Part shown: in pieces, positions 10,984 to 21,748 of the stretch
Layout of the letters: every line of letters begins with the position of its first letter
How positions within the stretch are numbered: position 1 is the stretch's first letter
Source: a virus
Taxonomy: Duplodnaviria > Caudoviricetes
Strand: one strand, 5' to 3'
Virus record (IMG/VR): IMGVR_UViG_3300029305_005724
Span: 159,866 to 223,865 of that record
Length of the DNA stretch: 64,000 nucleotides
Made by a program: the position numbers and the translations under genes
The notes under the pieces: model-generated
Told to the model about the DNA's origin: nothing
Seen by the model: the letters and a program-made list of their open reading frames with translations, nothing else
Database searches by the model: none

Positions 10984-11697
10984 ATGAAAAGAAAAAATCG
11001 AAGCCAAAAACATACAGATTATGTAAATAAATTCGGAGATATTCCTATAGACTATAAGGAACGTCTCGAATGGCTGTATGATAAATATAAGATAACTGAA
11101 AGCCAAGCATTTGAAATATTGCATAAAAGAGACATGATGATGGATAGTTTGAATTATTTCAGTACAGAGATTATATTATTTGAAGTCCCAGAAGGATCTC
11201 CGCGTCCACGATTTCGATTAGTAAATCGCTCCAATCTGTCGAATATGGCAATGTCCAATCCAAATTTTGTTCATGTATATTCATTAACTGGTAAAGAAGA
11301 CAATATGTTTATGAAACGGTTAATGAGTCAGGAAGAATTTGACGCTTTAGATTCTATGATATGCACTCCGTGTATTATAGACATTCACGCATTTCTGAAG
11401 ACCCCTTCTTATTATAATAAAGAAGATACTATACTTGCAGAAATTGGATTACATAGACCCATATCTAAACCAGACTGGGACAATTTAGGCAAAAAATATA
11501 GCGATATGTTTAATGCTAATGTCTGGTTAGACGACACACTGGTTATAGATGGGTCTATCCATAGATATTATTCGGTGTTGCCTCGTGTTGAAATACGGGT
11601 CAAATATCTGAATATGGTTTATAACAAGCATCAATATTCTAGTATTATTAATCGTACAGATTACAATGCGGAATATGACTTAAAGTATTTTCACTGA
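10984..11697 (+). CDS. rusA: RusA-family Holliday junction resolvase
   Basis: PRPRF and KPDWDNLGKKYSD...WLDDTLV catalytic motifs. Confidence 0.85.
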   Translation: MKRKNRSQKHTDYVNKFGDIPIDYKERLEWLYDKYKITESQAFEILHKRDMMMDSLNYFSTEIILFEVPEGSPRPRFRLVNRSNLSNMAMSNPNFVHVYSLTGKEDNMFMKRLMSQEEFDALDSMICTPCIIDIHAFLKTPSYYNKEDTILAEIGLHRPISKPDWDNLGKKYSDMFNANVWLDDTLVIDGSIHRYYSVLPRVEIRVKYLNMVYNKHQYSSIINRTDYNAEYDLKYFH

Positions 11698-11713
11698 AGG
11701 AGGTTAATTAATC

Positions 11714-12118
11714 ATGATTGTCAATAATAATAATTATTATACGAATCTTGCAAATCTAAATAAGATGAGATACATACTTTTTACTAATTTCTTTAATAGA
11801 AATGAATGTATTCAAGAGCTTACTGGATATATATCTACGAATATTGATAGTCTTTCTATAGACTATGATGCTATCCAGTATCAATTCATTATTAAGATTA
11901 AGAAAACTGGAATGAGAAAAATTCGCGGTTTTCATCATGCTTCTGAATTCTATTATAATCAAATCATTCCTAATATTTTTAGGAGTTTTATTCAGAATCA
12001 TCATACAGAACTTTGTTCCTTCTTCGGAGGAGCTATCCCAGAAGAAGTTTATACCAATCTATCGAATTTTTGTCATGTGTCTTGCTTGGCAGATAATATT
12101 CTGGTTATCAAGCTTTAA
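11714..12118 (+). CDS. Hypothetical protein
   Basis: AAGGAGG RBS; followed by a terminator. Confidence 0.75.
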   Translation: MIVNNNNYYTNLANLNKMRYILFTNFFNRNECIQELTGYISTNIDSLSIDYDAIQYQFIIKIKKTGMRKIRGFHHASEFYYNQIIPNIFRSFIQNHHTELCSFFGGAIPEEVYTNLSNFCHVSCLADNILVIKL

Positions 12119-12123
12119 AAACA

Positions 12124-12155
12124 AATCCCCTATAGCCGATAAGCTATAGGGGATT
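12124..12155. terminator. Bidirectional intrinsic terminator
   Basis: AATCCCCTATAGC/GCTATAGGGGATT between convergent genes. Confidence 0.85.
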
Positions 12156-12162
12156 ATTATTT

Positions 12163-13095
12163 TTACTTCTTAAGACTTGCAATGGTATTCTCGATAAAGG
12201 AAGCATTAACTTTCTCGAGACGGCTAGTATTAAGCATTTCCATAAAAGTATACATCAAAGAAGTACGAGAAACAATCTTATCAATATCAAGATGCCCCTC
12301 ATTCATAAACTCTGCATGCATATCCTTATTCTTGAGAACACTTTCACACATAGCAGAAACCATTCCATGGAATACACTCTTAGGAGCTGTTCTGATTGCA
12401 TTAGTCTTACGCTTTGCAGCAATCTGATAGCTTTCCTTCAGGCTTGCATCAGAAGTAGAATCGATCTTTTCCTGTGCACTCTGAAGAGTTTTAGTGATAT
12501 CTTCATGGTCCTTAGTATTAGCTGCAACGAAATCGTTCATTGCATCAGCAACTCTATCGTGAATAGCAGCTGCTACAGATTCAGTATCAGCATAATCAAG
12601 CTGCTTAAAGAATTCATCCTTCATATCGGATGTAATAGTAAAGGTATTAGGATCCTTTCTATCAACAGACTCTCTAATAGCTTCAGAAGCTGTAGTAATT
12701 ACATTATACATTTCAGATAGAACAGCAGAACCATGCTTCATTCTATTAAGAATCTCATAGTATCCATTCTCCTGAACGTACTGATTGGTCATTGCTCTAA
12801 GAATTGATCTGCTCGTATCATCTGCACGAGCTTCATCCGAAATAGACTCGGAAAGAATTCTGTAGAGGGCTTCAACGACAAGAGATCTATTTACCGTCTC
12901 AATAAAGCTTGTATAGCGATTAGCCACGCTTGCATGGTGGTCTCTAGCTTCAAGATAAGCTTTAGTTTCCGCAGAGAACGGGAGATCAAAATTTTCTTTT
13001 GTGACTTTATGCGAATTATTATAATTCTCGATAGCTGCCTCAATGAAAGCTTTATTCTTTCTGGCAACTTTCTCAGAAACCTTAAAATCGTTCAT
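12163..13095 (-). CDS. Putative virion (head) protein
   Basis: GGAGG RBS; late promoter at 13124-13135; several xxE-S/A sites. Confidence 0.55.
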   Translation of the reverse strand: MNDFKVSEKVARKNKAFIEAAIENYNNSHKVTKENFDLPFSAETKAYLEARDHHASVANRYTSFIETVNRSLVVEALYRILSESISDEARADDTSRSILRAMTNQYVQENGYYEILNRMKHGSAVLSEMYNVITTASEAIRESVDRKDPNTFTITSDMKDEFFKQLDYADTESVAAAIHDRVADAMNDFVAANTKDHEDITKTLQSAQEKIDSTSDASLKESYQIAAKRKTNAIRTAPKSVFHGMVSAMCESVLKNKDMHAEFMNEGHLDIDKIVSRTSLMYTFMEMLNTSRLEKVNASFIENTIASLKK

Positions 13096-13135
13096 GATAT
13101 ATTAACCTCCTCGAAGAATTTCTTATTATTATGTT

Positions 13136-16100
13136 TTATACCATTTGTATCGTGATGTCCGGAACCCACTTACCTTCTCTATTAAGAATCGTATGAATAC
13201 TAAGGAATTCTGGAACAACAACACTGTCTGGCATGGTTTGAGCATGAAGATGCTGAACACTTGTACCATAATCATTTATTCCAACAAATTCGAAGTATAC
13301 AATAGACTCTCTATATTTTGAAGTAATTTCCGTAATAAGGTTCGGAATATGAAGGGACTCGATACTAGTGATATCCTCGACATAATTCTTGATGTCTTCG
13401 GTAATTGAATTAACAACGTTCTTATTATAATTTGCTCTAAGTTTAAGTCTAAACTTTAGAGATATATTTGTTCTATCAAGACAAGTTTGTTCAACTTCAT
13501 CTGTGACAAATAGCTTAGAAGGTCCATACGTATTAAAGAATTTAAAGTCTATACCGAAAGCATCCTCAAGGATAGTTACAGCATAATCAATATAATTCTT
13601 ACGACGAACAAGCTCTCTACAGAGCTCGATAGCTTTATCTTCAGTATCGAAATAGTTATATTTAACTACAGGCATACCTTTGATAATAAAATATTCTCCA
13701 TTTTCATCACTATTGATTACAATAGGAGAATCAATAACCTCAGAATAGTTATAAAAGAAATCTACTCCTTCAGTTACATTATAGGTATTCGCAAGAGTAT
13801 AATCTCTAATATTAGCGACTTTATCAAATACGTATCCTGTAACAGGAGCTTCTGTTTCAACCCAATCTGTTCCATTATACTGATAATAGGTTTCCCCAAT
13901 AAGAGCATACTCTCCTTCTACAGGTTTTTCTACCTCTTGAAGTTTTTCCATAGATTCATAACCAGTAATCTTTGGATTCTCGTATTTATATGCATTAAAT
14001 TCAGGGATTATAGCATCAAGTCCCTGCCAATCAATTGGCATTTCTCCATCGGCTTTATAAAGCATATAGAGAACGCATTTGCAATTTGCGGGCACATAAG
14101 ATTCATTAGTGGAGAGCTTCATAGTTTGCTTAATCCACTCTGTACCATCATACTTATAATATTCCCCAGCAGCAATTGCATAATCGCCGATAACAGGATC
14201 TTGAATAGTTTGGAACTCTTCTACAGTATCATATTCTCCTCTTAAAGGATTAGCCATACCTTTTACAGTAATGCCTTTATCAAACATGCCTTCTGTAATA
14301 CGAAGTCTTCCGGATGTATCCATATAGTTATCGGTCTTGAATTTGAATTTATATGTGTATACAACGGCAGTAGATTCTGCAACATTTACACATTCTGCTT
14401 GAGCCCATGTATAAGGAGTTCCTTCACTGTCGTAGAATACAGCAAACACCTGAAGGGATTTGTCGTTTTCATTTGCATTTGAAATATTCTGCTCCATTTT
14501 AATTGTGAAAGAATAATCATTTGATTCTTCCTCATTTGTACCTCTATAGCAATTCATAACAGTAGCTATATATTGATACAATGATTTATCATTGATATGA
14601 GAGAACTCAAGGAATTTCTTAGAATCCATAATTGTAAGATTATAGGTTCCATAAGCAGGACTATGATTGATCGTGAAGTTATATGGAGATGTGTAATAGA
14701 ATAGGAATTTCTTGTAATCGAATCCATCGGCATCTTTAGCATCTTCAGTTTCCTTATACGGATCAAAGTCTGCAGGAATATTGTCTTTGCTTATAAGCAT
14801 ACACGTTCCATCATCAGTTAGCTTAAGAAGCTCGCCTCTCGGAAGAGTATACCTTTTATTACCATTTTCATTAGACACTACAAGATCATTAACGTATGCC
14901 TTAACATCAACGGTATTTGTCGGAATTATATTATTATATGCATCTCTTATAAGAATAAACGAATAGTATAATCTTTCAAGCGCATTATCACGCTTCTTAT
15001 AAAGATAAATCTTAGAATCATCTGTATCAAGAGCATTAAAGAAGTTTTCCAAATCGGTCAAGTTCGTAATAGCTCCTCTAGCAGATGCTTCCCTCGGAAT
15101 CAGTTGCTGAAGTTCCTCAATTGTCTTTTTATTAGATCCATAAGAAGATTCTCCATCAACAGGTCTGACTTCACAAGCTATATTTGCATAACCATACTTT
15201 TCAGATTCGCAAGCAAAACCAGGGTATACTTCGGGTGCATAACTAAAGTTACCTCCTTCGCCCTCAGTCGTCCAAATATTTATCTTTACCTCGCTATTTA
15301 TTCTAGGTGCATAAGAGGAACGATCAAATTTAATTCTAATCGTTTTAGAGTCTAGATAGCTATAGTAAAAATAAGGGTACTTTTTATTCGAAGAAATTAA
15401 GCCTTCATATACAGGAATGAGGTGTGTGACTTTATCACCTTCAGTTACATCTATATTGAATGCTGCAAGTTGTCCTTCAAATTCAAAAGTAAGAGTTTTA
15501 GAAGAAATAGAGTTATCACTTAAAATCTTCTTAACGATATTCGTCTTCATAACTTGATGAAGTTTTACAGGCATAAAGATAATACTTTTATTACTTACCA
15601 TCATCTTTACAGGAGACGAAATACAAGGGTTGGTAATATCAGAGATAGGATTATCATCATCAATAATATACTTTGCAGTATATGTAAAGTCTTCAATAAT
15701 ACCACTATTCTCTAATCTAATTTTTTGGATTTCGATATCATAGTCTACAAAGAATGGATATTTTCCAATATATATAGCAGTGTCTTTATCAAAAGTAAAG
15801 CTCCAACCACCATCAGGATTCGTTCCAATTGCATTCTCGATATCTTCTTCAACGAAAGTTAATAGTACTTCCATTGTGGCAGGAACTGCATCAATTCCTG
15901 TAATTCCAAGGCCTCTTGCATGAGCAATAACATTCTTTTCGAATTTAGCCTTAGTTGCAATCGACTCATTAGAAAATTCAGAAGCCATAACAATACTATT
16001 CTGCATAAGATCAGAAAACATTTGTCCAGCATAACCGAATATTCCAAGCATTAAAGTCTCTTCATTAGCTGTAGGAGTAAAGTTTTTCTTAATTTCATTG

Positions 16101-16165
16101 ACGTAGGAGTTTATACCATAGACGTCAGATGTAAGATTAGTACTTTTATCAATACTTTGTGCCAT
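13136..16165 (-). CDS. Baseplate wedge-like protein (T4 gp6/baseplate J-like)
   Basis: N-terminal AKFEKNVIAHARGLG..AVPA; TTEGEGGN and GS.KKTIEELQQ..ITNLTD motifs typical of wedge proteins. Confidence 0.7.
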   Translation of the reverse strand: MAQSIDKSTNLTSDVYGINSYVNEIKKNFTPTANEETLMLGIFGYAGQMFSDLMQNSIVMASEFSNESIATKAKFEKNVIAHARGLGITGIDAVPATMEVLLTFVEEDIENAIGTNPDGGWSFTFDKDTAIYIGKYPFFVDYDIEIQKIRLENSGIIEDFTYTAKYIIDDDNPISDITNPCISSPVKMMVSNKSIIFMPVKLHQVMKTNIVKKILSDNSISSKTLTFEFEGQLAAFNIDVTEGDKVTHLIPVYEGLISSNKKYPYFYYSYLDSKTIRIKFDRSSYAPRINSEVKINIWTTEGEGGNFSYAPEVYPGFACESEKYGYANIACEVRPVDGESSYGSNKKTIEELQQLIPREASARGAITNLTDLENFFNALDTDDSKIYLYKKRDNALERLYYSFILIRDAYNNIIPTNTVDVKAYVNDLVVSNENGNKRYTLPRGELLKLTDDGTCMLISKDNIPADFDPYKETEDAKDADGFDYKKFLFYYTSPYNFTINHSPAYGTYNLTIMDSKKFLEFSHINDKSLYQYIATVMNCYRGTNEEESNDYSFTIKMEQNISNANENDKSLQVFAVFYDSEGTPYTWAQAECVNVAESTAVVYTYKFKFKTDNYMDTSGRLRITEGMFDKGITVKGMANPLRGEYDTVEEFQTIQDPVIGDYAIAAGEYYKYDGTEWIKQTMKLSTNESYVPANCKCVLYMLYKADGEMPIDWQGLDAIIPEFNAYKYENPKITGYESMEKLQEVEKPVEGEYALIGETYYQYNGTDWVETEAPVTGYVFDKVANIRDYTLANTYNVTEGVDFFYNYSEVIDSPIVINSDENGEYFIIKGMPVVKYNYFDTEDKAIELCRELVRRKNYIDYAVTILEDAFGIDFKFFNTYGPSKLFVTDEVEQTCLDRTNISLKFRLKLRANYNKNVVNSITEDIKNYVEDITSIESLHIPNLITEITSKYRESIVYFEFVGINDYGTSVQHLHAQTMPDSVVVPEFLSIHTILNREGKWVPDITIQMV

Positions 16166-16184
16166 ACGTTATTTCCTCCTTCCA

Positions 16185-17288
16185 TCAATTAACCCATCTG
16201 AGGAAATACTCACGACGGCCATTGATAACTTGTGTATGAATATATGGCGTTCTAGGCCACTCTCCATTAATTGCATGAATAGTAGTATCAAACAAAGGAG
16301 ATTCTTTAGTTCCTTTAAGCGTACCCTTTTTATATGCAAGAGAGAGTTTATTAAATTGACTTAGAATAATAGGATCCATGTCTCTTACAAAATGGCCTTT
16401 AAAGCCAACTGTAAGTTTTTGACCAGCTTCACTAATTCTATTCATATCGCTAAAAGCATCTCTAGGAATACTAGTAGGATAACAACCAGTGATTCTAGCA
16501 AAGTAAACAATACGATAGCCATCTTCACCAACGACTATCTTATAGATACTAAATTGATCATGCAGAACTCTATTTAGAATATAATTTTTCCATCTATCGG
16601 TTTCTGCATTTACAAAATCGATAGCACCATTCCATTTAAGCTTCTCATATTCGTCGTACATTTTGAAAAGCATATAAATATCAAGACGCTTAGTATCTTC
16701 AAATTCAAGATTAAAATCAAAGTCCTCATCAGACTTATAAGAAGTACCTCTATAGTTAATCTTGGTTCCCATAACGTTTCCAGCCGATTCAATGTTTTCA
16801 GCACTAAGTCCAGGAAGGTCAAGAGTCGAGGTAACGCTATTCGATAATACATTCATAAATGGATAATCTTGTTTATAGGAAGACTGTAGTTGTTCAGCCA
16901 TATCTCTATAACGATTAATAGCATCTACAAAGAATGCATTATTCGAAAGAACTTTAGTCAAAGGCCAATATGCACTATTAGTAGCATTTTTTATTTGCGT
17001 TGTTAATAGGCATAAATCAGGCTTTGTAAAGAATAGATACTCTCTTGTATTTGTAAGAGTATTAAATGGGTCAAGAACACCAAATCTGGAGAATTTGTGT
17101 GTCCAATCCATATTATATCTATCGACAATTCCATGAGACAGTATAAGATTACTTATTTGCTGAGTCTCAGCTTTTAAGCGTTTCTTTTCTGCTTTTTGTT
17201 TTGCATTTCCACTAAGACTTATATCATCTGGATTGGTAAAAATGCTTAGATTCTCATTATTTTTGAAAGTCTGGGATTTATAAGCCAT
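16185..17288 (-). CDS. Tail tube-fold virion protein
   Basis: LDLPG..FNLEFED..ARITGCYPTSIP pattern; late promoter at 17324-17335. Confidence 0.55.
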   Translation of the reverse strand: MAYKSQTFKNNENLSIFTNPDDISLSGNAKQKAEKKRLKAETQQISNLILSHGIVDRYNMDWTHKFSRFGVLDPFNTLTNTREYLFFTKPDLCLLTTQIKNATNSAYWPLTKVLSNNAFFVDAINRYRDMAEQLQSSYKQDYPFMNVLSNSVTSTLDLPGLSAENIESAGNVMGTKINYRGTSYKSDEDFDFNLEFEDTKRLDIYMLFKMYDEYEKLKWNGAIDFVNAETDRWKNYILNRVLHDQFSIYKIVVGEDGYRIVYFARITGCYPTSIPRDAFSDMNRISEAGQKLTVGFKGHFVRDMDPIILSQFNKLSLAYKKGTLKGTKESPLFDTTIHAINGEWPRTPYIHTQVINGRREYFLRWVN

Positions 17289-17479
17289 TGAAATAATCCT
17301 CCTTTCAAAGCGTTATATTTCATTAATTTGATGTTGCGAGGTTAAAATAAGGCATAATAATATAATATAAATATGAAATAAAGGGAAAGAATGCCGAGCA
17401 ACTACGCTTACAAGTTTCTACTCCTCTACTCACTTTATATGAAACAAACCAAATTAAATTCTTTAAGGAGTGAACTTGA

Positions 17480-17824
17480 ATGGGACGAAAAGTAAAAGCA
17501 ATGCAAGGCGGACTTCTACAGCTAATTCGAAATGAAGAGGAAATGGAGCAGCAGAAGTTATATAATAGAGAAGATACACTTATTACTAGATCGGAGAATT
17601 TTGAGCGAGAACAACTAAAATATCGTCTTGATAGAGAACAGGAGTTTGAAAGAGAGATGGTTGGACAAAAAGTTCAAGCTATAAATAATCTAGCCAATAG
17701 TATTAGTGGATTATCTCTTGCATTAATGAATGCGGCCCATCCAAACATGCGAATGGTGTCGGAAATTCCGACTACAAACCAATTGATAAGTCCAATTATC
17801 TATTTTAATGAGAAACTAAATTAA
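17480..17824 (+). CDS. Hypothetical coiled-coil protein
   Basis: AAGGAG RBS; early-type motif near 17360. Confidence 0.7.
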   Translation: MGRKVKAMQGGLLQLIRNEEEMEQQKLYNREDTLITRSENFEREQLKYRLDREQEFEREMVGQKVQAINNLANSISGLSLALMNAAHPNMRMVSEIPTTNQLISPIIYFNEKLN

Positions 17825-17937
17825 TATGAATCTAATTTGTATTGATAGTTCCTCAGGTGGTTCAATTGCCCTTTATTTTTTATTTTTTAGCCTTGAACAT
17901 ACAATTAAAAATTTATAAGAAGGAGGTCACATCTTCT

Positions 17938-19317
17938 ATGAATAAAGATTGCAAAGCCATTCATGAGACCTTTCTGAAGGACATTATGGATCTTTGGGAT
18001 GGTTTCAAATCTATGAAAGACGAGATTAAAGATAAGAAGTTTAGCGATAAGTCCAATAGCCCTCTTGGCAAAATGAATTCGACTTCTATAGCTAAGGCTA
18101 ATTCTAATCTTGTCATGGTATTTCCTGTAATTTGTAGCCGTGGCATTAGCATAGAAACCGCATCCATGATTAGTAAAGCAGTTGAGAAGAACGCCGTATC
18201 GATGCTTCAGAGACTATTTGCTGCATGGCAGATTACCGATGCTGAAAATGTGCATGACTATATTGGTCTTTTCCATAAGAATATTTCTTCTAAAGTAGCT
18301 TCTTTGGATGATGTTTTTGATGTAGCGACTAGAATTGATGCTAGAAATGAATCGGCACTTAGTGCTGGTCAGATTTATGCATATGAGTCTGCTGTTAAGA
18401 ATGATCTTAGAAATAATCTTAATTGTTATTTGCCTACATCCGTTAACGAATCTTCTCTTAATGAGTATATCATTTATGAAGATGGAAGTGCAGATAAAGC
18501 AAGCGGTAAAGCAAATGTAGATGGAGGAACTGAAGCTGATAAAGTTGGAGGTTCTGAAATCAAGAAAGCTTCTGGACTTGCAGATATTGCTAAGTCTCAG
18601 AATGACGTATTCAAGAATCAAGTTCTTGATTCTGATTATAAGAAGGCAAATGAGCTTATGCCCACTAGCCTTGTAGTTAATTTCAAAGCATATAAAGATA
18701 CCGATGATGAAGGAAATAAACTTTCTGCTCCGATTGTTCATGATTATACAAATGCAATTGTTGGAGTTAAAGCAAAGTTGTACCCTGTCGGTTCTGATGA
18801 CATTGTAACTCATATTGCTGACAAAGCTCAGTCTAAGAATTGGCTGACTAATTTCTTTAGAGCTACTACTAGAGAAACATCGTTTATGAAAGACTTTGTC
18901 CTTGCCATTGATAAAGCTAAAATCGATGCCATGTCTCTTTCTACTCGTAAGAGCACTTCTGATAAGATGTGGAAAGTTCTTGAGCGTCGTGCAACTGTCT
19001 CCAGACTTAAGAGAGCTATGAGAGATAATAACAGCTCTGCTGCTATCACTACTCTTGTTGTATCTCAGGAAGAGGTTGAGTATCTTCGTAAGAATAATTT
19101 GGCAGATCTTGAGAGAATCAGCACTGTACTTGGTCTCTTTGATTCGCTAAATCTTATGTGCATCTGCATTGTTGATGAATCGCTTGAAGTAGCGAAGTTC
19201 ATTTACGATGAAGAAGATCCTACTTGGGAGACCATCTCGTTCACTCATCTTGAAAGAGAGTCTTCCGACAATACTTATAAGCGCGTTGTCAATCTTATGA
19301 CAAAAGTTGCTCGCTAA
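17938..19317 (+). CDS. Putative virion head/structural protein
   Basis: ATG at 17938 follows AAGGAGG; late promoter at 17896-17907; NES sites. Confidence 0.6.
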   Translation: MNKDCKAIHETFLKDIMDLWDGFKSMKDEIKDKKFSDKSNSPLGKMNSTSIAKANSNLVMVFPVICSRGISIETASMISKAVEKNAVSMLQRLFAAWQITDAENVHDYIGLFHKNISSKVASLDDVFDVATRIDARNESALSAGQIYAYESAVKNDLRNNLNCYLPTSVNESSLNEYIIYEDGSADKASGKANVDGGTEADKVGGSEIKKASGLADIAKSQNDVFKNQVLDSDYKKANELMPTSLVVNFKAYKDTDDEGNKLSAPIVHDYTNAIVGVKAKLYPVGSDDIVTHIADKAQSKNWLTNFFRATTRETSFMKDFVLAIDKAKIDAMSLSTRKSTSDKMWKVLERRATVSRLKRAMRDNNSSAAITTLVVSQEEVEYLRKNNLADLERISTVLGLFDSLNLMCICIVDESLEVAKFIYDEEDPTWETISFTHLERESSDNTYKRVVNLMTKVAR

Positions 19318-19337
19318 CTGAAAGGAGGATATAGACT

Positions 19338-20540
19338 ATGATTTATTCTTCTAAGAAAAGAGAGCCTGTAACTCCTGTTCAGGAGGCAGCTGCTTTCGAA
19401 ACTGAAAATCATTTCCATACTGAAGATGAGCCTATGACTCTCGAAAAGTTTTATGGATTTGATCCTGATGCTATTGGCCTTGAAGCTGATAAGGATTATA
19501 AGAATTTCTTCAGAGATCCTAAAATCATGGCTACGTTTACTGAGCATTTCGATATCACTGATAGAGAAACCCGTAAACGTTTAATGTCTTTGGATGAAGC
19601 TGAGCAGGGAGGCCTTCTTGCTACTCTTACATCTAAACTTTATGACAATATCATTTCTAAGATTGATGATATCGACTATGGCGATATTCCCAATTCTAAG
19701 GGTGATATTACTGAGTTGACCAACTATGATAAGCTTGTTGAGTGTACTACTCTTCTTCGTGATATCCTTGTTGAGTTCAAGCAGGATACCAGCCCGATCG
19801 ACGAGATTTCCATGGCTATTGATAATGTCAGAGGCCGTAAAGATCTCTTCGGAAGAGCTTTTAAATATAACGTAGAAATGCCGATTGTTATGTATAATAA
19901 CATTGTGCTGACTATTATCAGCTCGGTTTCCTACATGATTGCTACTTGTATCGAGTTTATGAAGACTCCTAATAGAGATTCTTTCCAAATTACTCTCGAC
20001 AAGGTTGCATTCACCAAAACAAAGAATAATATGCTCTATTCTAACCTTAAGAAATTCAATAAGATTTGTAAATCTGGAGAATTTGATAAGGCAATGGAGC
20101 ATGTTATTCAGCACAGAGTTGACAAGATGGCAGAATCCGCTGGGCTTGTTTTCGGTCTTGGTGCCGTTTCCATTGTTGCAGCCGGAGGTATCTTCTTGCT
20201 TATTATGAAGTGCATTATTCCTCTTTTAAGAGAAATGGTATTCTTCTTCTATTATACTAGAATGAGGGTTTCCGATTTCTTCGATATACAGGCTGACCTT
20301 CTCCAGATGAATGCTCATAACGTGGAGAGCAATGAAGCCAAGAGTGAAGATGAAAAGGAGCGTATCGTTTCTAAGCAGCTTAAGATTGCTGAACTCTTTA
20401 GAAAGATTGCAAATAAGATTTCCTTCACTGGACGTAAAGCTGAAGTTGAAAGCACTAAAGCCATTACAGCTGAATCTAGAAAGATGAAGCTTGGAGATGA
20501 TGGCATCGAGATGCCTAATACCGGCTCTGCGTTGTTCTAA
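19338..20540 (+). CDS. Putative virion inner-head protein
   Basis: AAGGAGG RBS; MAES site followed by a hydrophobic segment. Confidence 0.55.
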   Translation: MIYSSKKREPVTPVQEAAAFETENHFHTEDEPMTLEKFYGFDPDAIGLEADKDYKNFFRDPKIMATFTEHFDITDRETRKRLMSLDEAEQGGLLATLTSKLYDNIISKIDDIDYGDIPNSKGDITELTNYDKLVECTTLLRDILVEFKQDTSPIDEISMAIDNVRGRKDLFGRAFKYNVEMPIVMYNNIVLTIISSVSYMIATCIEFMKTPNRDSFQITLDKVAFTKTKNNMLYSNLKKFNKICKSGEFDKAMEHVIQHRVDKMAESAGLVFGLGAVSIVAAGGIFLLIMKCIIPLLREMVFFFYYTRMRVSDFFDIQADLLQMNAHNVESNEAKSEDEKERIVSKQLKIAELFRKIANKISFTGRKAEVESTKAITAESRKMKLGDDGIEMPNTGSALF

Positions 20541-20568
20541 TAAGGTTTGCTTTAAGAAGTTAAATGCA

Positions 20569-20580
20569 AACATTATAATA
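20569..20580 (+). promoter_or_regulatory. Late (nvRNAP-type) promoter AACA-N6-TA, representative copy
   Basis: AAC[A/T]-N6-TA also occurs on + at 9172, 17896, 22982, 35597, 47134, 52866, 57963, 59325 and on - at 13135, 17335, 31280, 35351, 35558, 61705, 62453. Confidence 0.8.
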
Positions 20581-20638
20581 AAATCTCAATAAACAAAACA
20601 AAAGTTTATAGGTTAAATCTAAAAGGAGGATTTTACTC

Positions 20639-21730
20639 ATGTCTATTTATTCTAACAATAGAACTGGTGTAGCTACCACTGCAACTCTTGTTGCAAATGA
20701 GAGCTACAAATCCAATGATATTGGACGTATTCTCTATGAGTCTGCTGTGAATGATATGGCATTTTTCGAGGCTGTAATTGCATCGGATTTCAATGAGATT
20801 AAGGGCCTTCGTGAAGGTACTCTTCTCGAGGCTGAAGTAGCTGCTCTCAATGAAGCTTCCGCTAAGGAGTTCTTCAAGGGAATGGCTGAAAGAGTTAAGA
20901 AGTTCTGGGCTAAGATTAAGGGCGCTATCAAGGCAGCTGTCAATAAGCTTGCTGCATACGTTCTTAAGGATGGTAAGGCTTTTGTAGCTGAGTTTGAGGC
21001 TGCTGAGAAGAAGTACGGTAAGTTTGCTGGAAAGATCGAAGGCGTTAAGCTCTACAATGGCGGTATCACTATTCCGACTTACGATACTATCGATGGCACC
21101 ATTAAGGCATTTAAGGGTGAAGAGGGTACTGAGAAGGCTTATGTTCTTGGCGCTGCTCTTGGTGAGTGCCTTGGTGAGAAGGGCGATCTCACTCCTGCTG
21201 ACTTCAAGAAGAAGGCAGTTGAGAAGTGCATGGTTCCCACTGACGTTACTGCTGCACAGATCGATGATCTTAAGAAGCGTATTTCTAGCGCTCCTGACAC
21301 GATCAAGGGTCTTAAGGAGAACGAAAAGTATATTGACAAGTGCATGGGCGCTCTTGAGGCTGGTCTTAAGGCTGAGGAGAAGAATGCATTTGATAAGGAG
21401 AACGGTGATAAGTCCGCTCTCGCAAGCACCATTAAGCGTATCAGCATGCTCGTAAGTGTTTATGAGACTGTTGTTGCTACGTCTACTGCTGCCGTTATCG
21501 GTTGCACCAAGGCTACTGTTGCTCAGTCCAGAAAGGCTCTTTCTCAGGCTATGTCTGAGATGAAGAAGGAGTCTGCTGAGGCTAAGCATGAGGCTGCTGC
21601 TGTTGCTGAGGATGAGGTTGAGGTTGCTCTTGACGATGCTTCTGAGGTTGAGGTTGATATCGATACCCAGGATGCTATCGATCAGGCTGTCGAGGCTGTT
21701 GAGTCCGAAGAAGCTGCTGCTAACGCTTAA
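20639..21730 (+). CDS. Abundant inner-head (ejected) protein, paralog family
   Basis: Late promoter at 20569-20580; strong codon bias; ANES/LYES/LLEA/LNEA sites, then an amphipathic FFK...KKFWAKIK helix. Confidence 0.65.
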   Translation: MSIYSNNRTGVATTATLVANESYKSNDIGRILYESAVNDMAFFEAVIASDFNEIKGLREGTLLEAEVAALNEASAKEFFKGMAERVKKFWAKIKGAIKAAVNKLAAYVLKDGKAFVAEFEAAEKKYGKFAGKIEGVKLYNGGITIPTYDTIDGTIKAFKGEEGTEKAYVLGAALGECLGEKGDLTPADFKKKAVEKCMVPTDVTAAQIDDLKKRISSAPDTIKGLKENEKYIDKCMGALEAGLKAEEKNAFDKENGDKSALASTIKRISMLVSVYETVVATSTAAVIGCTKATVAQSRKALSQAMSEMKKESAEAKHEAAAVAEDEVEVALDDASEVEVDIDTQDAIDQAVEAVESEEAAANA

Positions 21731-21748
21731 GGAAGGAGGAAAATTATA

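Noticed and set aside
17378-17470. Possible riboswitch-like leader with an anti-SD CTCCT
   Set aside because: Only weak pairing, and no recognisable aptamer
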